From Pseudomonadota bacterium (GTDB lineage Bacteria > SAR324 > NAC60-12), in the NCBI GenBank assembly GCA_004213175.1, contig SHAT01000005.1:360-64359 (forward strand): a stretch of DNA of 64,000 bases, written 5' to 3'. Of this stretch, positions 22,221 to 31,908 are shown piece by piece. The position numbers were made by a program, and so were the translations under genes. The notes beneath the pieces were generated by a model. The model saw only the letters and a list, made by a program, of their open reading frames with translations, was not told where the DNA came from and made no database searches. The stretch's first letter is position 1. Every line of letters begins with the position of its first letter.

Positions 22221-23219
22221 ATGATGCAAAACATAGAAGAATTGCAGGAATATCTATTCAGTTTAACGAATGGTGTAAATCTGTCAGGTCAAACAGTTAC
22301 TGCTGCTCCAGGAGGCTTGCCGACTCCGTGTTTCCCGAATGTAATAGAGAAAGTTTTAAAGATTTTGACTGGGGACGAATGGGACGAACTGACTGAACGT
22401 GCACAGAATTACCTTAAATGGATTTCAGTAAAAGCTGAATGTATCGACGCTCTTGCTCCTAGACAAGAACATACAACGACACATGGATTTGAGTTGTTGG
22501 CTATGGACAGAGATGCAAATAGTTTTGGTGAAATAGTAGATCGTTCACAAGAATTATCTATTCCTTCGGTATTGGTACGTTTTGCTTCACTGGTAGCTAC
22601 ATTTCTGACTGTTCGTTTACTGAGACAACACATGGAAAGTGATCAGGAAAGTATGCCTTCACTGACATTTTCGCAAAATGTTGACTCTTTTTATTTGAAT
22701 TATCCCCGAACATTAAAGATACTCTTGGAATTGTTTCCGGAGTATCATGAAATGTTTTATTTTGAAATCAATGAAGAAGTCACCGAAGATTATTTAACTA
22801 CCATACGCGCACTTGCGGAAGATTTGGGAATACGGCTCGCTCTCGATGATACAAACAAAATGAATGTAAACGTGCATCATCAATTGCTGGACCTTGCAGA
22901 TTGGATCAAGATTGACTTTCAGGCGACAGCGTATCTGGAAGAGCAGTTGTTGGGTGGTGAAGGAGAAAATATTATACAGCATTTTGAAGAATATGCTCAT
23001 GGCGCAAGGTCTCCGGTTATTGTGTTTGAAGGACTTCAGGAAACTTCACCTTTAAAAGTGTTTTTTGAAGAACGTTGGAAAATTCTTGATACAGTACTTT
23101 ACTATCAAAGCAGGGAGCGCTTGCCAGTTCATCCCTGGAACAAATATTTTGGTTTAATTCAGGACTATCATGAAGACAAATATGGGCTCTTTTTTAAAGG
23201 ATTGATCAATGATAAATAA
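22221..23219 (+). CDS. Divergent stand-alone EAL-domain (c-di-GMP phosphodiesterase-like) protein
   Basis: Ordered EAL landmarks GFELLA, FSQNVD, FEINE, GIRLALDD, DWIKID, VFEG, YQ. Confidence 0.7.
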   Translation: MMQNIEELQEYLFSLTNGVNLSGQTVTAAPGGLPTPCFPNVIEKVLKILTGDEWDELTERAQNYLKWISVKAECIDALAPRQEHTTTHGFELLAMDRDANSFGEIVDRSQELSIPSVLVRFASLVATFLTVRLLRQHMESDQESMPSLTFSQNVDSFYLNYPRTLKILLELFPEYHEMFYFEINEEVTEDYLTTIRALAEDLGIRLALDDTNKMNVNVHHQLLDLADWIKIDFQATAYLEEQLLGGEGENIIQHFEEYAHGARSPVIVFEGLQETSPLKVFFEERWKILDTVLYYQSRERLPVHPWNKYFGLIQDYHEDKYGLFFKGLINDK

Positions 23220-24498
23220 GTGTTTCCTAAGTCTTAATTTACGAATGGTTATATTATTATTATTTGTAAGTTCAGGAACGTTATCTGTTGTAACATGCAG
23301 TTCTTCAGACATACCTACAGAATCAAGTGCTGTGCCTTCAATTGTTTCCGGGACAGTCTTTGAGTCTGTGGTTGAATATGATGCGGGAGAAAACCCACTT
23401 GGCATTACCTTAGGAGATCTCAATGGAGACAACAAAAATGATATTCTTGTAACAAGTCCCAGGAAGCAGGATGGAATATCAACTACCGCAGACGGTAGCA
23501 TGACTCTATTTCTTAATAATTCTTCTTCTACAAGTAGTTTCCCATTTTCATCAAGCACTATTAGTCCCGTTACCGCTGACTGGAGACAGGATGTGATTTC
23601 AGCTGATTTTACAGGAGATAACAAAACTGACCTGGTGGTTACACAAACAGATCAGGACAAAATTAAATTGTTACGAAACGACGGTAACGCTAATTTTACA
23701 GATAATGGTAGCTTGACTTTAGGTGATGTGCCGATCAAGCTGATTTCTGGAGACTGGAACAGCGACAATCAAATCGATTTGATTGTGGTAAATCGTGATA
23801 ACAGCAGTATTTCTATTCTTCAAAACAGCAATGGAGTATTTTCTGTTTCTCAGACTTTGTCTGTCAGTGAGCATCCAATACAGGTTGCCAGCGCCGATTG
23901 GGATGGTGATAATGATACAGATCTGGCTGTTTTGTCAAAGGAGAGTACTATGGTTCAAATCTGGTTAAACAGCGGAAGTGGTATTTTCAGTGCTCAATCT
24001 AATACATATACAGTAGGCAGTTTGCCAATCGATATGATTTCAGGAGACTGGAATTGTGATTCAAATCAAGACCTCGCGGTTAGTAATTTTGGAGACAGTA
24101 CCCTTTCGCTGATTTACGGAAATGGCACTGGAAATTTTGATTCACCCCTTACAATAAGTACTAGAAGTGGCCCAAGGACAATGGTTGCCGCGGATTTTGA
24201 TAATGACAGTAAAATGGATTTTGTGGTAGGACACAAATTTCTTGTTAGTACGTCCGGATCAGCTCTTATTACAGGTGATTTTTCACTGACACTCAGTGAC
24301 AATGGTTCCTCTACAGGTTATGTTACCCCTGTTTCATTTGCCGCTAGCCTAGATAAAGGGGGCGCTGCACCTGCTGATTTGGCAATTTCATACGTCGATA
24401 ATGATTCTAAATTAGACCTTTTGATTACTCTGCCGTTTAGTAAAAAAATAGCACTGCTTTCCGGAAAACAATATTACGGTAATCTCTCCTGTCCCTGA
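23209..24498 (+). CDS. FG-GAP/VCBS repeat beta-propeller protein, probable lipoprotein
   Basis: Seven repeats of the type GDLNGDNKNDILV, ADFTGDNKTDLVV, GDWNSDNQIDLIV, ADWDGDNDTDLAV, GDWNCDSNQDLAV, ADFDNDSKMDFVV, VDNDSKLDLLI; signal ending VVTC. Confidence 0.88.
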   Translation: MINKCFLSLNLRMVILLLFVSSGTLSVVTCSSSDIPTESSAVPSIVSGTVFESVVEYDAGENPLGITLGDLNGDNKNDILVTSPRKQDGISTTADGSMTLFLNNSSSTSSFPFSSSTISPVTADWRQDVISADFTGDNKTDLVVTQTDQDKIKLLRNDGNANFTDNGSLTLGDVPIKLISGDWNSDNQIDLIVVNRDNSSISILQNSNGVFSVSQTLSVSEHPIQVASADWDGDNDTDLAVLSKESTMVQIWLNSGSGIFSAQSNTYTVGSLPIDMISGDWNCDSNQDLAVSNFGDSTLSLIYGNGTGNFDSPLTISTRSGPRTMVAADFDNDSKMDFVVGHKFLVSTSGSALITGDFSLTLSDNGSSTGYVTPVSFAASLDKGGAAPADLAISYVDNDSKLDLLITLPFSKKIALLSGKQYYGNLSCP

Positions 24499-24715
24499 TT
24501 TTTATATTCAGATTGACTGGTGATGTTAACAGAACTACACTCTTAAAACTGTTTCTTTGGATATTGTTCAACTAAAGGATACTCTTTTATACTGTTTTTG
24601 TTATTCATTTTTTGAGATAATACAAAACATTCAGTGGAGTAAAATAACAAAGTACCTTGCTTTAAAAATATTTTAATTCAAGTACTACAAAAACACACAT
24701 TCACAAAAAGGCAAT

Positions 24716-25546
24716 ATGCTGATTGTAGGAACATGGGGGGCTTTGTTGCTTTATATTATCAGTTGGATATCTGGGCTTTTCCCGCCTTTTGACAAAACTT
24801 CCAGCTCAAAGTTTCAGATATGGACTGAGCTTATAGGAATTCGAGTTGGCTGGATTATTCATACTTTTGCTTTGCTTGGATTATTATGGACTAAATCAGT
24901 ATGGCCCACAACTTTTGTAAGTGATATACTTAGCGTTGCCTCATGGGTTAGTATATTGTTAATACAGGCCTTACCAGAAAGGCTGCCAAGTTTAGTTAAC
25001 ACGTCAATAGTTCGGCTTTTTGCAATTCTGCTGCTGGGGTTATCTCTCATTATTTTTCAGTTTCAAATCTCGACGAGTGAAATTGTATCTGATAAAACTT
25101 GGCTTTATCAGGTTTTGCTTGGATCTCACATAATCATACTTATAGCAGGTTATGTTATGCTGGGAGTCGCCTGTGTATCCAGCACCATCTTTCTATATCA
25201 GGAGCACCATCTAAAAACAAAACTCGTAACCTCGATGATGATCCGTTTCCCTGCACTGGTTACACTGGACCGTCTCAGTTGGCAGGGAACCCTATGGGGT
25301 TTTTTGGCTTTGAGTATAGGTATTATGCTGGGGATATTAATAAATAAAGATGATCAGTCTTTAATGGCAAACTTAAGATTTGGGGCATCGATTAGTGCCT
25401 GGTGTGTGTTTGCTATGCTATTACTGTTGCGCCAACTGCAAGTTATTCGTTCCAGTTGGAAAGCAATTTGGCCGATTGTAGGATTTAGCCTAGCATTAAT
25501 GTCATTAATAGTGGAAATATTAAGATTGAATCTTCAAGAGTTCTAA
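24716..25546 (+). CDS. CcsA/HemX/YpjD-like membrane protein (cytochrome c assembly family), lacking the WWD motif
   Basis: About 8 TM helices, SHI....AGY, LYQEHHLK.K, FPALVTLDRL, GF..LSIGI..G. Confidence 0.75.
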   Translation: MLIVGTWGALLLYIISWISGLFPPFDKTSSSKFQIWTELIGIRVGWIIHTFALLGLLWTKSVWPTTFVSDILSVASWVSILLIQALPERLPSLVNTSIVRLFAILLLGLSLIIFQFQISTSEIVSDKTWLYQVLLGSHIIILIAGYVMLGVACVSSTIFLYQEHHLKTKLVTSMMIRFPALVTLDRLSWQGTLWGFLALSIGIMLGILINKDDQSLMANLRFGASISAWCVFAMLLLLRQLQVIRSSWKAIWPIVGFSLALMSLIVEILRLNLQEF

Positions 25547-25605
25547 TAAATATAGTTATTTATCATATCAGCAAAGAACGTAATGCATAAAACTAATCCG
25601 CAAAA

Positions 25606-26559
25606 ATGAAACAGGCTGCTAGTGAAAAAGATCTTTTAGACATTGAGAATGATATAGAGAGGATTCAAACTGCAATTAAAAATAAATTGGGTGTATCAAA
25701 TCCTTTTTTAGCAGATATTGCTCACCATATAATTACTCCTCATAACAATTCAACTAGATCTAGGCTGTTGCTGCAAAGTGCAAATCTCTTTAAGAAACCA
25801 GATGAAGATGTGATTGAAATAGGTTGCACTTTAGAATATTTGCACACGGCCTCTGTGTTGCACCGGCATATTAAAAAGCCTGAAAACGCAAGGCGTCACA
25901 TGAAGCATGTCCAAAAATTATGGGGCTCAGAGGCAAGTGTTTTGCTGGGTGATTATCTCCTTTCGATATCATTTCAAATCTTAACACGCTTAGGTAATTT
26001 GGACGTGCTGGAATGTGTTTCTCTCGCTACACAAAATATTTCAATGGGACAAGTGCTTGAAATTTCAGAGCCTACTCTCACTGCGTCTCCAAAACACTGG
26101 CGGAATGTAACTCGTGATAAAATTGCGGGGCTATTTGGTGCAGGCGCTAAAAGTGCTGCTTACTGGGCAAATGCTTCTCAAGCTACAGCATCTACCTTGT
26201 ATGCATTTGGCGAAACTGTGGGCATGGCAGCTCAACTTAAAACCGAGCTTGATGTTATTGATGATGAGGAACGGTTTAAAGAGACATTGAAAGAAAAGGA
26301 ATTATGGTTTCCTCTCTGCTTTTTACTTCACGAATGTTTAACGAAAAGTGAATTAAGTGAAATGACAGAAAAATTGCAGGAAGATTTTGAACTGGAGAAA
26401 ATGATTAGAGAGCTTAGAGTGCTTTTCAAACAACATAATCTGCATGAAAAAATGAAAGCGGAGGCCGTGCTGGAGTTGATAAAAGCAAAAGAATGTCTTG
26501 AACAACTTGAATTGGATTCAACTTCTCTTCAACCTTTAACTTCATATTCAACGATTTGA
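25606..26559 (+). CDS. Polyprenyl diphosphate synthase (IspB-like) homologue lacking both DDxxD motifs
   Basis: LEYLHTASVLH, RR, WG...SVLLGDYL, GQVLE, K.A.LF, FGETVGMA.QL; FARM reads RHIKK and SARM reads TELDV. Confidence 0.8.
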   Translation: MKQAASEKDLLDIENDIERIQTAIKNKLGVSNPFLADIAHHIITPHNNSTRSRLLLQSANLFKKPDEDVIEIGCTLEYLHTASVLHRHIKKPENARRHMKHVQKLWGSEASVLLGDYLLSISFQILTRLGNLDVLECVSLATQNISMGQVLEISEPTLTASPKHWRNVTRDKIAGLFGAGAKSAAYWANASQATASTLYAFGETVGMAAQLKTELDVIDDEERFKETLKEKELWFPLCFLLHECLTKSELSEMTEKLQEDFELEKMIRELRVLFKQHNLHEKMKAEAVLELIKAKECLEQLELDSTSLQPLTSYSTI

Positions 26560-26560
26560 T

Positions 26561-27373
26561 ATGCCAGAATCACTGAAAATAAAGATTGATTCAGCAATTG
26601 CAGAAATTGAATTAAACCGTCCGGACAAAGCAAATGCGATTGATGAAGATCTATGGTTTTCCTTAGAAGATTGTTTTCGTGAATTAGACGAAACTGAAGC
26701 AGTTCGAGTGTGTATCCTGAGCGGTGTCGGTAGTCATTTTACTTCAGGAATTGATCTTAAATTTTTACAGTCAGTAGGCCAGGAAGTTGAACATTTTAAA
26801 TGTGAAGGGCGTAAACGTGAATATTTGCGACGCAAAATAATAAAACTTCAGGCTGCATTTACACAAATAGAAAAGTGTCGCAAACCAGTTCTAGCTTCAA
26901 TTCACGGGGGTTGTATAGGTGCGGGTGTTGATTTAATAAGTGCCTGCGACCTTCGTTACTCAACAAGTGACGCAGTCTTCCAGATAAAAGAAATTGATAT
27001 TGGGCTAACCGCTGATGTTGGAACTTTACAGCGGCTTCCCAAGTTGATACCACGTGGTATTGTTCACGAATTAGCCTACACGGCGCGTAAATTTTCTGGC
27101 GAAGAAGCACGTGAATTTGGTTTGGTTAACAGTTGTTATGTTGATCATGAATCCTTAATTAGTGAAGTCCGGAATATTGCTGAACAAATCGCAGGAAAAT
27201 CACCTTTAGCCATTCGCGGAGTTAAGGAAATGCTATTACACTCGCGTGATAATTCAGTTGCAGACGGACTTGATTATGTAGCAACATGGAATTCCGCCAT
27301 GCTTCTTTCTTCTGATTTGGAGGAGTCTTTAATGGCGATGTTGCAAAACCGTTCTGGTGAATATAAGGATTGA
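26561..27373 (+). CDS. Crotonase-family protein, Delta3,5-Delta2,4-dienoyl-CoA isomerase (ECH1)-like
   Basis: LNRPDKANA, FTSGIDL, KPVLASIHGGCIGAGVDL, KEIDIGLTADVGTLQRLP, SVADGLDYVATWN. Confidence 0.88.
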   Translation: MPESLKIKIDSAIAEIELNRPDKANAIDEDLWFSLEDCFRELDETEAVRVCILSGVGSHFTSGIDLKFLQSVGQEVEHFKCEGRKREYLRRKIIKLQAAFTQIEKCRKPVLASIHGGCIGAGVDLISACDLRYSTSDAVFQIKEIDIGLTADVGTLQRLPKLIPRGIVHELAYTARKFSGEEAREFGLVNSCYVDHESLISEVRNIAEQIAGKSPLAIRGVKEMLLHSRDNSVADGLDYVATWNSAMLLSSDLEESLMAMLQNRSGEYKD

Positions 27374-27483
27374 GGATTTTACATTATCTCTCGACTGTAG
27401 TCTACAATTATATTTTTCATGCAAGCGCTGTATCAATCGCTGAGCAGACAAAATTTCGAAATTATCTGGTAAAATTATATTAA

Positions 27484-30400
27484 ATGATACCCCGCCTTAG
27501 TCATCCGGAAAGTACACCTGAAATTGTGCAAAGTTTTCTGGCAGAGCTGCGTCAAAGTAGTTTTTCAGGGGACATTCAGCATGATTATGGAACACGTCTT
27601 ATAACATCAACTGATAACAGCATTTATCAGGTGCTTCCTCAAGCAGTTGTTTTTCCGAAAAACACAGGTGACATCGAAGCGGTGCTACTCTTAACAGCTC
27701 AGCAGAAATTTTGTCAAAGTATAAAAATTACAGCACGCGGCGGAGGTACCGGTACCAATGGGCAGTCACTTACTAAAGGCATCGTGCTTGATTGTTCGCG
27801 TTATATGAACCGTATTCTTGAAGTGAATATTAAGCAGGGTTGGGTACGTGTAGAACCGGGTGTGGTTCTAGACCAATTAAACGAACATCTTGTGCCGCAT
27901 AGTGTATTTTTTGCGCCCAATTTGTCCCCGAGTAATAGGGCAACTATTGGTGGGATGGTCAATACAGATGCTTGTGGAAAAGGTTCTCGTATTTACGGAC
28001 GAACCAGCGACCATGTTTTAGAGTTGTCTTGTGTTCTTTCTAACGGAGAAACTCTTGAATCAGTTCCTCTAGATGAAAACAATCTAAGTGCATACAAACA
28101 AAAACCTGGAGTAGCGGGTGAGGTGTTTAAAGTTGTTGATCAAATTGTTCTGGAAAAAGCAGATTTGATTGATGAAGTTTTTCCTAATATGAGCCGTTTC
28201 ATGACTGGTTACAATTTAGCGAAAGTTTACGGTAATTCGGAAAAAAACTTTAACTTAAACTATTTACTTTCGGGATCGGAGGGCACATTAGCAGTTTTGA
28301 GTGAGCTCAAACTGCGTTTGACGGATTTACCTAAATACAAAAGACTCCTAGTTGTAAAATACGAACAATTTGATGATGCGCTTCGTGATGCACAAATTTT
28401 GGTTGAGAGTGATCCGGCCGCGATTGAGACAATTGACGAAAAAATTCTCAGTCTGGCAAAAGAAGATGAAATATATTTAAAAATTAAAGATTTCATTGAA
28501 GACGAAAAACTTAAGTCTGGGAAAATAAATCGACCGACTCGTACCATCAGTCTAATTGAATTTTGCGGAAACAATAAAAACAAATTGGAAAATCAGATTT
28601 CTGCGCTATGTAAAATCATTGATGCGAAGAAAAATAAATCTGGAGAAGCAACGGGTTACTACAAGACTGCTGATCCTCAGGAAATAAAAAGTCTGTGGAG
28701 TTTAAGAAAAAAAGGTGTTGGACTTTTGGGTAACACAAAAGGAGAGCGCAAACCACTGCCTTTTGTGGAAGATACGGCTGTTCCTCCGGAAAATCTGGCG
28801 ATCTACATTCGTGATTTTCGTAAATTACTTGAATCATATGGTTTGGAGTACGCCATGTTCGGGCATGTTGATGTAGGGTGTTTGCACGTTCGTCCCGCGT
28901 TAGATTTGAAAAATCTGGAGGAGGAAGGCTGGATACGTGAGCTTTCAGATCAAGTGGTGGCGCTGGTTAAAAAATACGGTGGTGTGATGTGGAGCGAACA
29001 CGGTCGTGGTTATCGTAGTGAATACACAGTAGAATTTTTTGGTGAAGAACTGCATCATGATTTAAGACGCATCAAAGAAGCGTTTGATCCGGAAAATCGT
29101 CTCAATCCGGGAAAAATTGTCACCCCGATTTCTCAGGGTACAGATAAAGTGGTGTCTATAGAAGGGCCTTTAAGGGGACATAAAGACCGGCAGATTGCTC
29201 CGGAATTGTTGAAGGAATATGAAACTGCAGTTAACTGTAACGGTAACGGTGCTTGTTTCGATTATTCATCTAAAAATGTGATGTGTCCTTCTTCCCGGAT
29301 TACACGTAACAATGTCCATTCTCCGAAGGGCAGGGCTGGCATGATGCGGGAATGGCTCCGGTTGGTTTCCTTGTCTTCGGGAATAGAAGCTTCGACATCA
29401 AATAATTCAAGTTCGAATTTGAGCGGTTTTCTTCAGATGAACTCCGCTGCTAAAAATTTTTTCTATAGTTCCTACAACAAAATAAAAAATACTATTCGTA
29501 AAAATCATGGTGAATATGATTTCTCCCATGAAGTTTATAAATCAATGGCTGGATGTTTAGTCTGCAAAGCTTGTGTGACCCAGTGTCCGGTACATGTAAA
29601 TGTCCCAGAATTCCGTTCAAAATTTTTAAACCATTATCATTCCAGATATTTACGTCCACTCAAAGATTATCTGGTTGGCTCAACTGAAACAGTCGGACGT
29701 TTATTTTCAAACATACCACGTACGGCAAACACGATAATAAAGTGGCCTTTGATTCGCAATTTTATGGAGGAAAAAATTGGTTTAAGAGATTTTCCTTCAT
29801 ATAGTCCTGAATCTGTTCGGCAACGTCTGCTTGATTCAAATGCGGCTGAATTCGATCTGGATAATTTTAACTCTTTTTCACAGCAAGAGCATGAAAGTAG
29901 TGTAATCTTTGTTCAGGATGCATTCACTTCGTTTTATGAGTCTCAGCTTGTGCTTGAATTTTATGAATTACTGAGAAAATTGAACTACAATGTTTATGTA
30001 GCGCCATTTCATCCAAATGGTAAACCACTGCTCGTAAAAGGTTTTTTAACCCAATTCCGTAAAGTTGCAGAAAAAAACGCAAAGTGGCTGTCACATATCG
30101 CGTGCTCCAGAATTCCCATGGTCGGACTTGATCCCAGCGTGGTTTTGACTTATCGTGATGAATATTTAAAAATTCTTGGAGAAAATGAGTTGCCTTTTAA
30201 GGTCCTGTTGCCACAGGAATTTTTAGTTATGAATTCAGCTAAACATAGTAATTATGTGGCTGTTGTTTCCAAAAAATTACAGGAATATCAATTGTTGGGA
30301 CACTGCACTGAAAAAACCGATGCCCAGCTCTCACAGAAGCAATGGAAGGAAGTATTTGAGACATTTGGATTGTCACTGAGTCTGATACCTGCAGGTTGCT

Positions 30401-30645
30401 GTGGAATGGCTGGAACTTATGGACATGAAACAGAACATTATGAAGAATCACGTGGAATCTATGATTTAAGCTGGAGCGATAAAATTCCGCAAGATCCTTT
30501 TTTGCGACAAAACATTTTGACCACCGGTTTTTCCTGCCGTAGTCAGATAAAACGTTTTGAAGGTTTTCGGCCATTACATCCTCTTCAGGTTTTACTAAGA
30601 GAAATAAAATCGGGTAGTTTAGAAAACAGTTCAGCGTCTGCCTGA
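27484..30645 (+). CDS. ydiJ: FAD- and Fe-S-binding oxidoreductase, YdiJ/D-2-hydroxyglutarate dehydrogenase-like
   Basis: TDNSIYQ..PQ, RGGGTGTNGQSL, GSEGTL, MFGHVDVGCLHVRP, SEHGRG, CNGNGAC, CLVCKACVTQCP, GCCGMAG.YGHE, TGFSCRSQ. Confidence 0.88.
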   Translation: MIPRLSHPESTPEIVQSFLAELRQSSFSGDIQHDYGTRLITSTDNSIYQVLPQAVVFPKNTGDIEAVLLLTAQQKFCQSIKITARGGGTGTNGQSLTKGIVLDCSRYMNRILEVNIKQGWVRVEPGVVLDQLNEHLVPHSVFFAPNLSPSNRATIGGMVNTDACGKGSRIYGRTSDHVLELSCVLSNGETLESVPLDENNLSAYKQKPGVAGEVFKVVDQIVLEKADLIDEVFPNMSRFMTGYNLAKVYGNSEKNFNLNYLLSGSEGTLAVLSELKLRLTDLPKYKRLLVVKYEQFDDALRDAQILVESDPAAIETIDEKILSLAKEDEIYLKIKDFIEDEKLKSGKINRPTRTISLIEFCGNNKNKLENQISALCKIIDAKKNKSGEATGYYKTADPQEIKSLWSLRKKGVGLLGNTKGERKPLPFVEDTAVPPENLAIYIRDFRKLLESYGLEYAMFGHVDVGCLHVRPALDLKNLEEEGWIRELSDQVVALVKKYGGVMWSEHGRGYRSEYTVEFFGEELHHDLRRIKEAFDPENRLNPGKIVTPISQGTDKVVSIEGPLRGHKDRQIAPELLKEYETAVNCNGNGACFDYSSKNVMCPSSRITRNNVHSPKGRAGMMREWLRLVSLSSGIEASTSNNSSSNLSGFLQMNSAAKNFFYSSYNKIKNTIRKNHGEYDFSHEVYKSMAGCLVCKACVTQCPVHVNVPEFRSKFLNHYHSRYLRPLKDYLVGSTETVGRLFSNIPRTANTIIKWPLIRNFMEEKIGLRDFPSYSPESVRQRLLDSNAAEFDLDNFNSFSQQEHESSVIFVQDAFTSFYESQLVLEFYELLRKLNYNVYVAPFHPNGKPLLVKGFLTQFRKVAEKNAKWLSHIACSRIPMVGLDPSVVLTYRDEYLKILGENELPFKVLLPQEFLVMNSAKHSNYVAVVSKKLQEYQLLGHCTEKTDAQLSQKQWKEVFETFGLSLSLIPAGCCGMAGTYGHETEHYEESRGIYDLSWSDKIPQDPFLRQNILTTGFSCRSQIKRFEGFRPLHPLQVLLREIKSGSLENSSASA

Positions 30646-30664
30646 CAATCTCAGTGAGTAAAGA

Positions 30665-31000
30665 ATGGAAGAAATTAATTTTGAAGATTTTCAACAGGTT
30701 AAAATCCTCACAGGAACTATTCTGGAGGTGGACCTTAATCCGAAGGCATCTAAGCCGGCTTATGTGTTACGCATAGATTTTGGTCAGCACGGGATAAAAA
30801 CCAGTTCAGCGCAAATAACAAAAAATTATCAACCGGAAGATTTAAAAGGTCTACAAATTTCGGCTGTTGTGAACTTTCCAGTAAAACGCATCGCCGGAGT
30901 TAAATCGGAGGTGCTGATACTGGGAGCCTATTCTGAAGATAATGGGGTAGTTCTGCTGACTCCAACGGAATCTGTTGAGGATGGATCGTTGGTCGGTTGA
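30665..31000 (+). CDS. csaA: tRNA-binding OB-fold protein / secretion chaperone CsaA
   Basis: I.FEDF..V.I..GTI, KPAY.L.IDFG..GIKTSSAQIT, AVVNFP.KRIAG..SEVL.LG. Confidence 0.9.
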   Translation: MEEINFEDFQQVKILTGTILEVDLNPKASKPAYVLRIDFGQHGIKTSSAQITKNYQPEDLKGLQISAVVNFPVKRIAGVKSEVLILGAYSEDNGVVLLTPTESVEDGSLVG

Positions 31001-31908
31001 GTCTTTTTTAGCTTCATTGTTGAGTCATTCTGAATATTACTGATTAATGTGTCCTTGCTTTCCCAGAGCTCATTCAGACACTTCCTGACAGCTAATGATC
31101 CTCCTTTGCCCCTAATTGTTTCCAGTGACGGTACGTGTCCTTCTCCAAGCTTCAATGGTTCTATACGAACTACTATCCGAGGGACCCTGCCCTGCATCAA
31201 GTCAGTCAAATTTGGAGAAGAGTGGCCAGGATAAACCAGAGTTACGTTAAGTATTGCAGTCAGTTCGTCTCCTAAACTGCTCAAAACGGTGTGTATTCCA
31301 CCAGCACGCGGCTTAAGTAAATGCTTGAAAGATGATTTAGTATTATCGTGTTTTGTTTTTGTGAAACGTGTACCTTCTGGATAGTTCAAAATTGTTACGG
31401 GATGTCCCAGTAATTTTTCACAGGACTTCTTCGCTGTTTCTATATCTTTACCGCGTAGTTCAGGAAACTTTATCAGGCTCTCTTTTGAATAACGTTTCAT
31501 GGTCGGATATTCAAGCGCCCAAAGAGCTTGTCCCAAAAAAGGGACCCATACCAATTCCTGTTTAATGAAGAAACGCAAAAATGGAATCTTTTTGAAAAAA
31601 ACACCTTGTGCGACTAGAATATCCAGTAGCGAAAGATGATTGCTGATGACAAGATATATTCCATCCGGACTTAAATTTTCCAAGCCATCAATATCCCACT
31701 CTATATGAAAAAATATTTTTAACAGGAAATTATTTGTTATGATGAAACCACCTGCAATCCAGTATGAAATTCGTCCCCAAAAATTACGCCATGCACTGAT
31801 CGGAATTAATAATTTTATGGGGGCACACAGGCTTACAAGACTACCGTGAAATGCAGTGTTTAGTGTAATCAATATTATAAAAATAGGAGTCCGGATTATA
31901 TTGGTCAT
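30928..31908 (-). CDS. YihG-like lysophospholipid acyltransferase
   Basis: SNHLSLLD (HxxxxD), FF.KQEL.WVPFLG, P.MKRYS, YPEGTRF, HLLKP.AGG. Confidence 0.88.
   Translation of the reverse strand: MTNIIRTPIFIILITLNTAFHGSLVSLCAPIKLLIPISAWRNFWGRISYWIAGGFIITNNFLLKIFFHIEWDIDGLENLSPDGIYLVISNHLSLLDILVAQGVFFKKIPFLRFFIKQELVWVPFLGQALWALEYPTMKRYSKESLIKFPELRGKDIETAKKSCEKLLGHPVTILNYPEGTRFTKTKHDNTKSSFKHLLKPRAGGIHTVLSSLGDELTAILNVTLVYPGHSSPNLTDLMQGRVPRIVVRIEPLKLGEGHVPSLETIRGKGGSLAVRKCLNELWESKDTLISNIQNDSTMKLKKTQPTNDPSSTDSVGVSRTTPLSSE

Noticed and set aside
23400-24430. Periodic repeats suggesting a CRISPR or DNA tandem repeat
   Set aside because: They are degenerate protein-level FG-GAP repeats; there are no identical DNA repeats with spacers and no cas genes.
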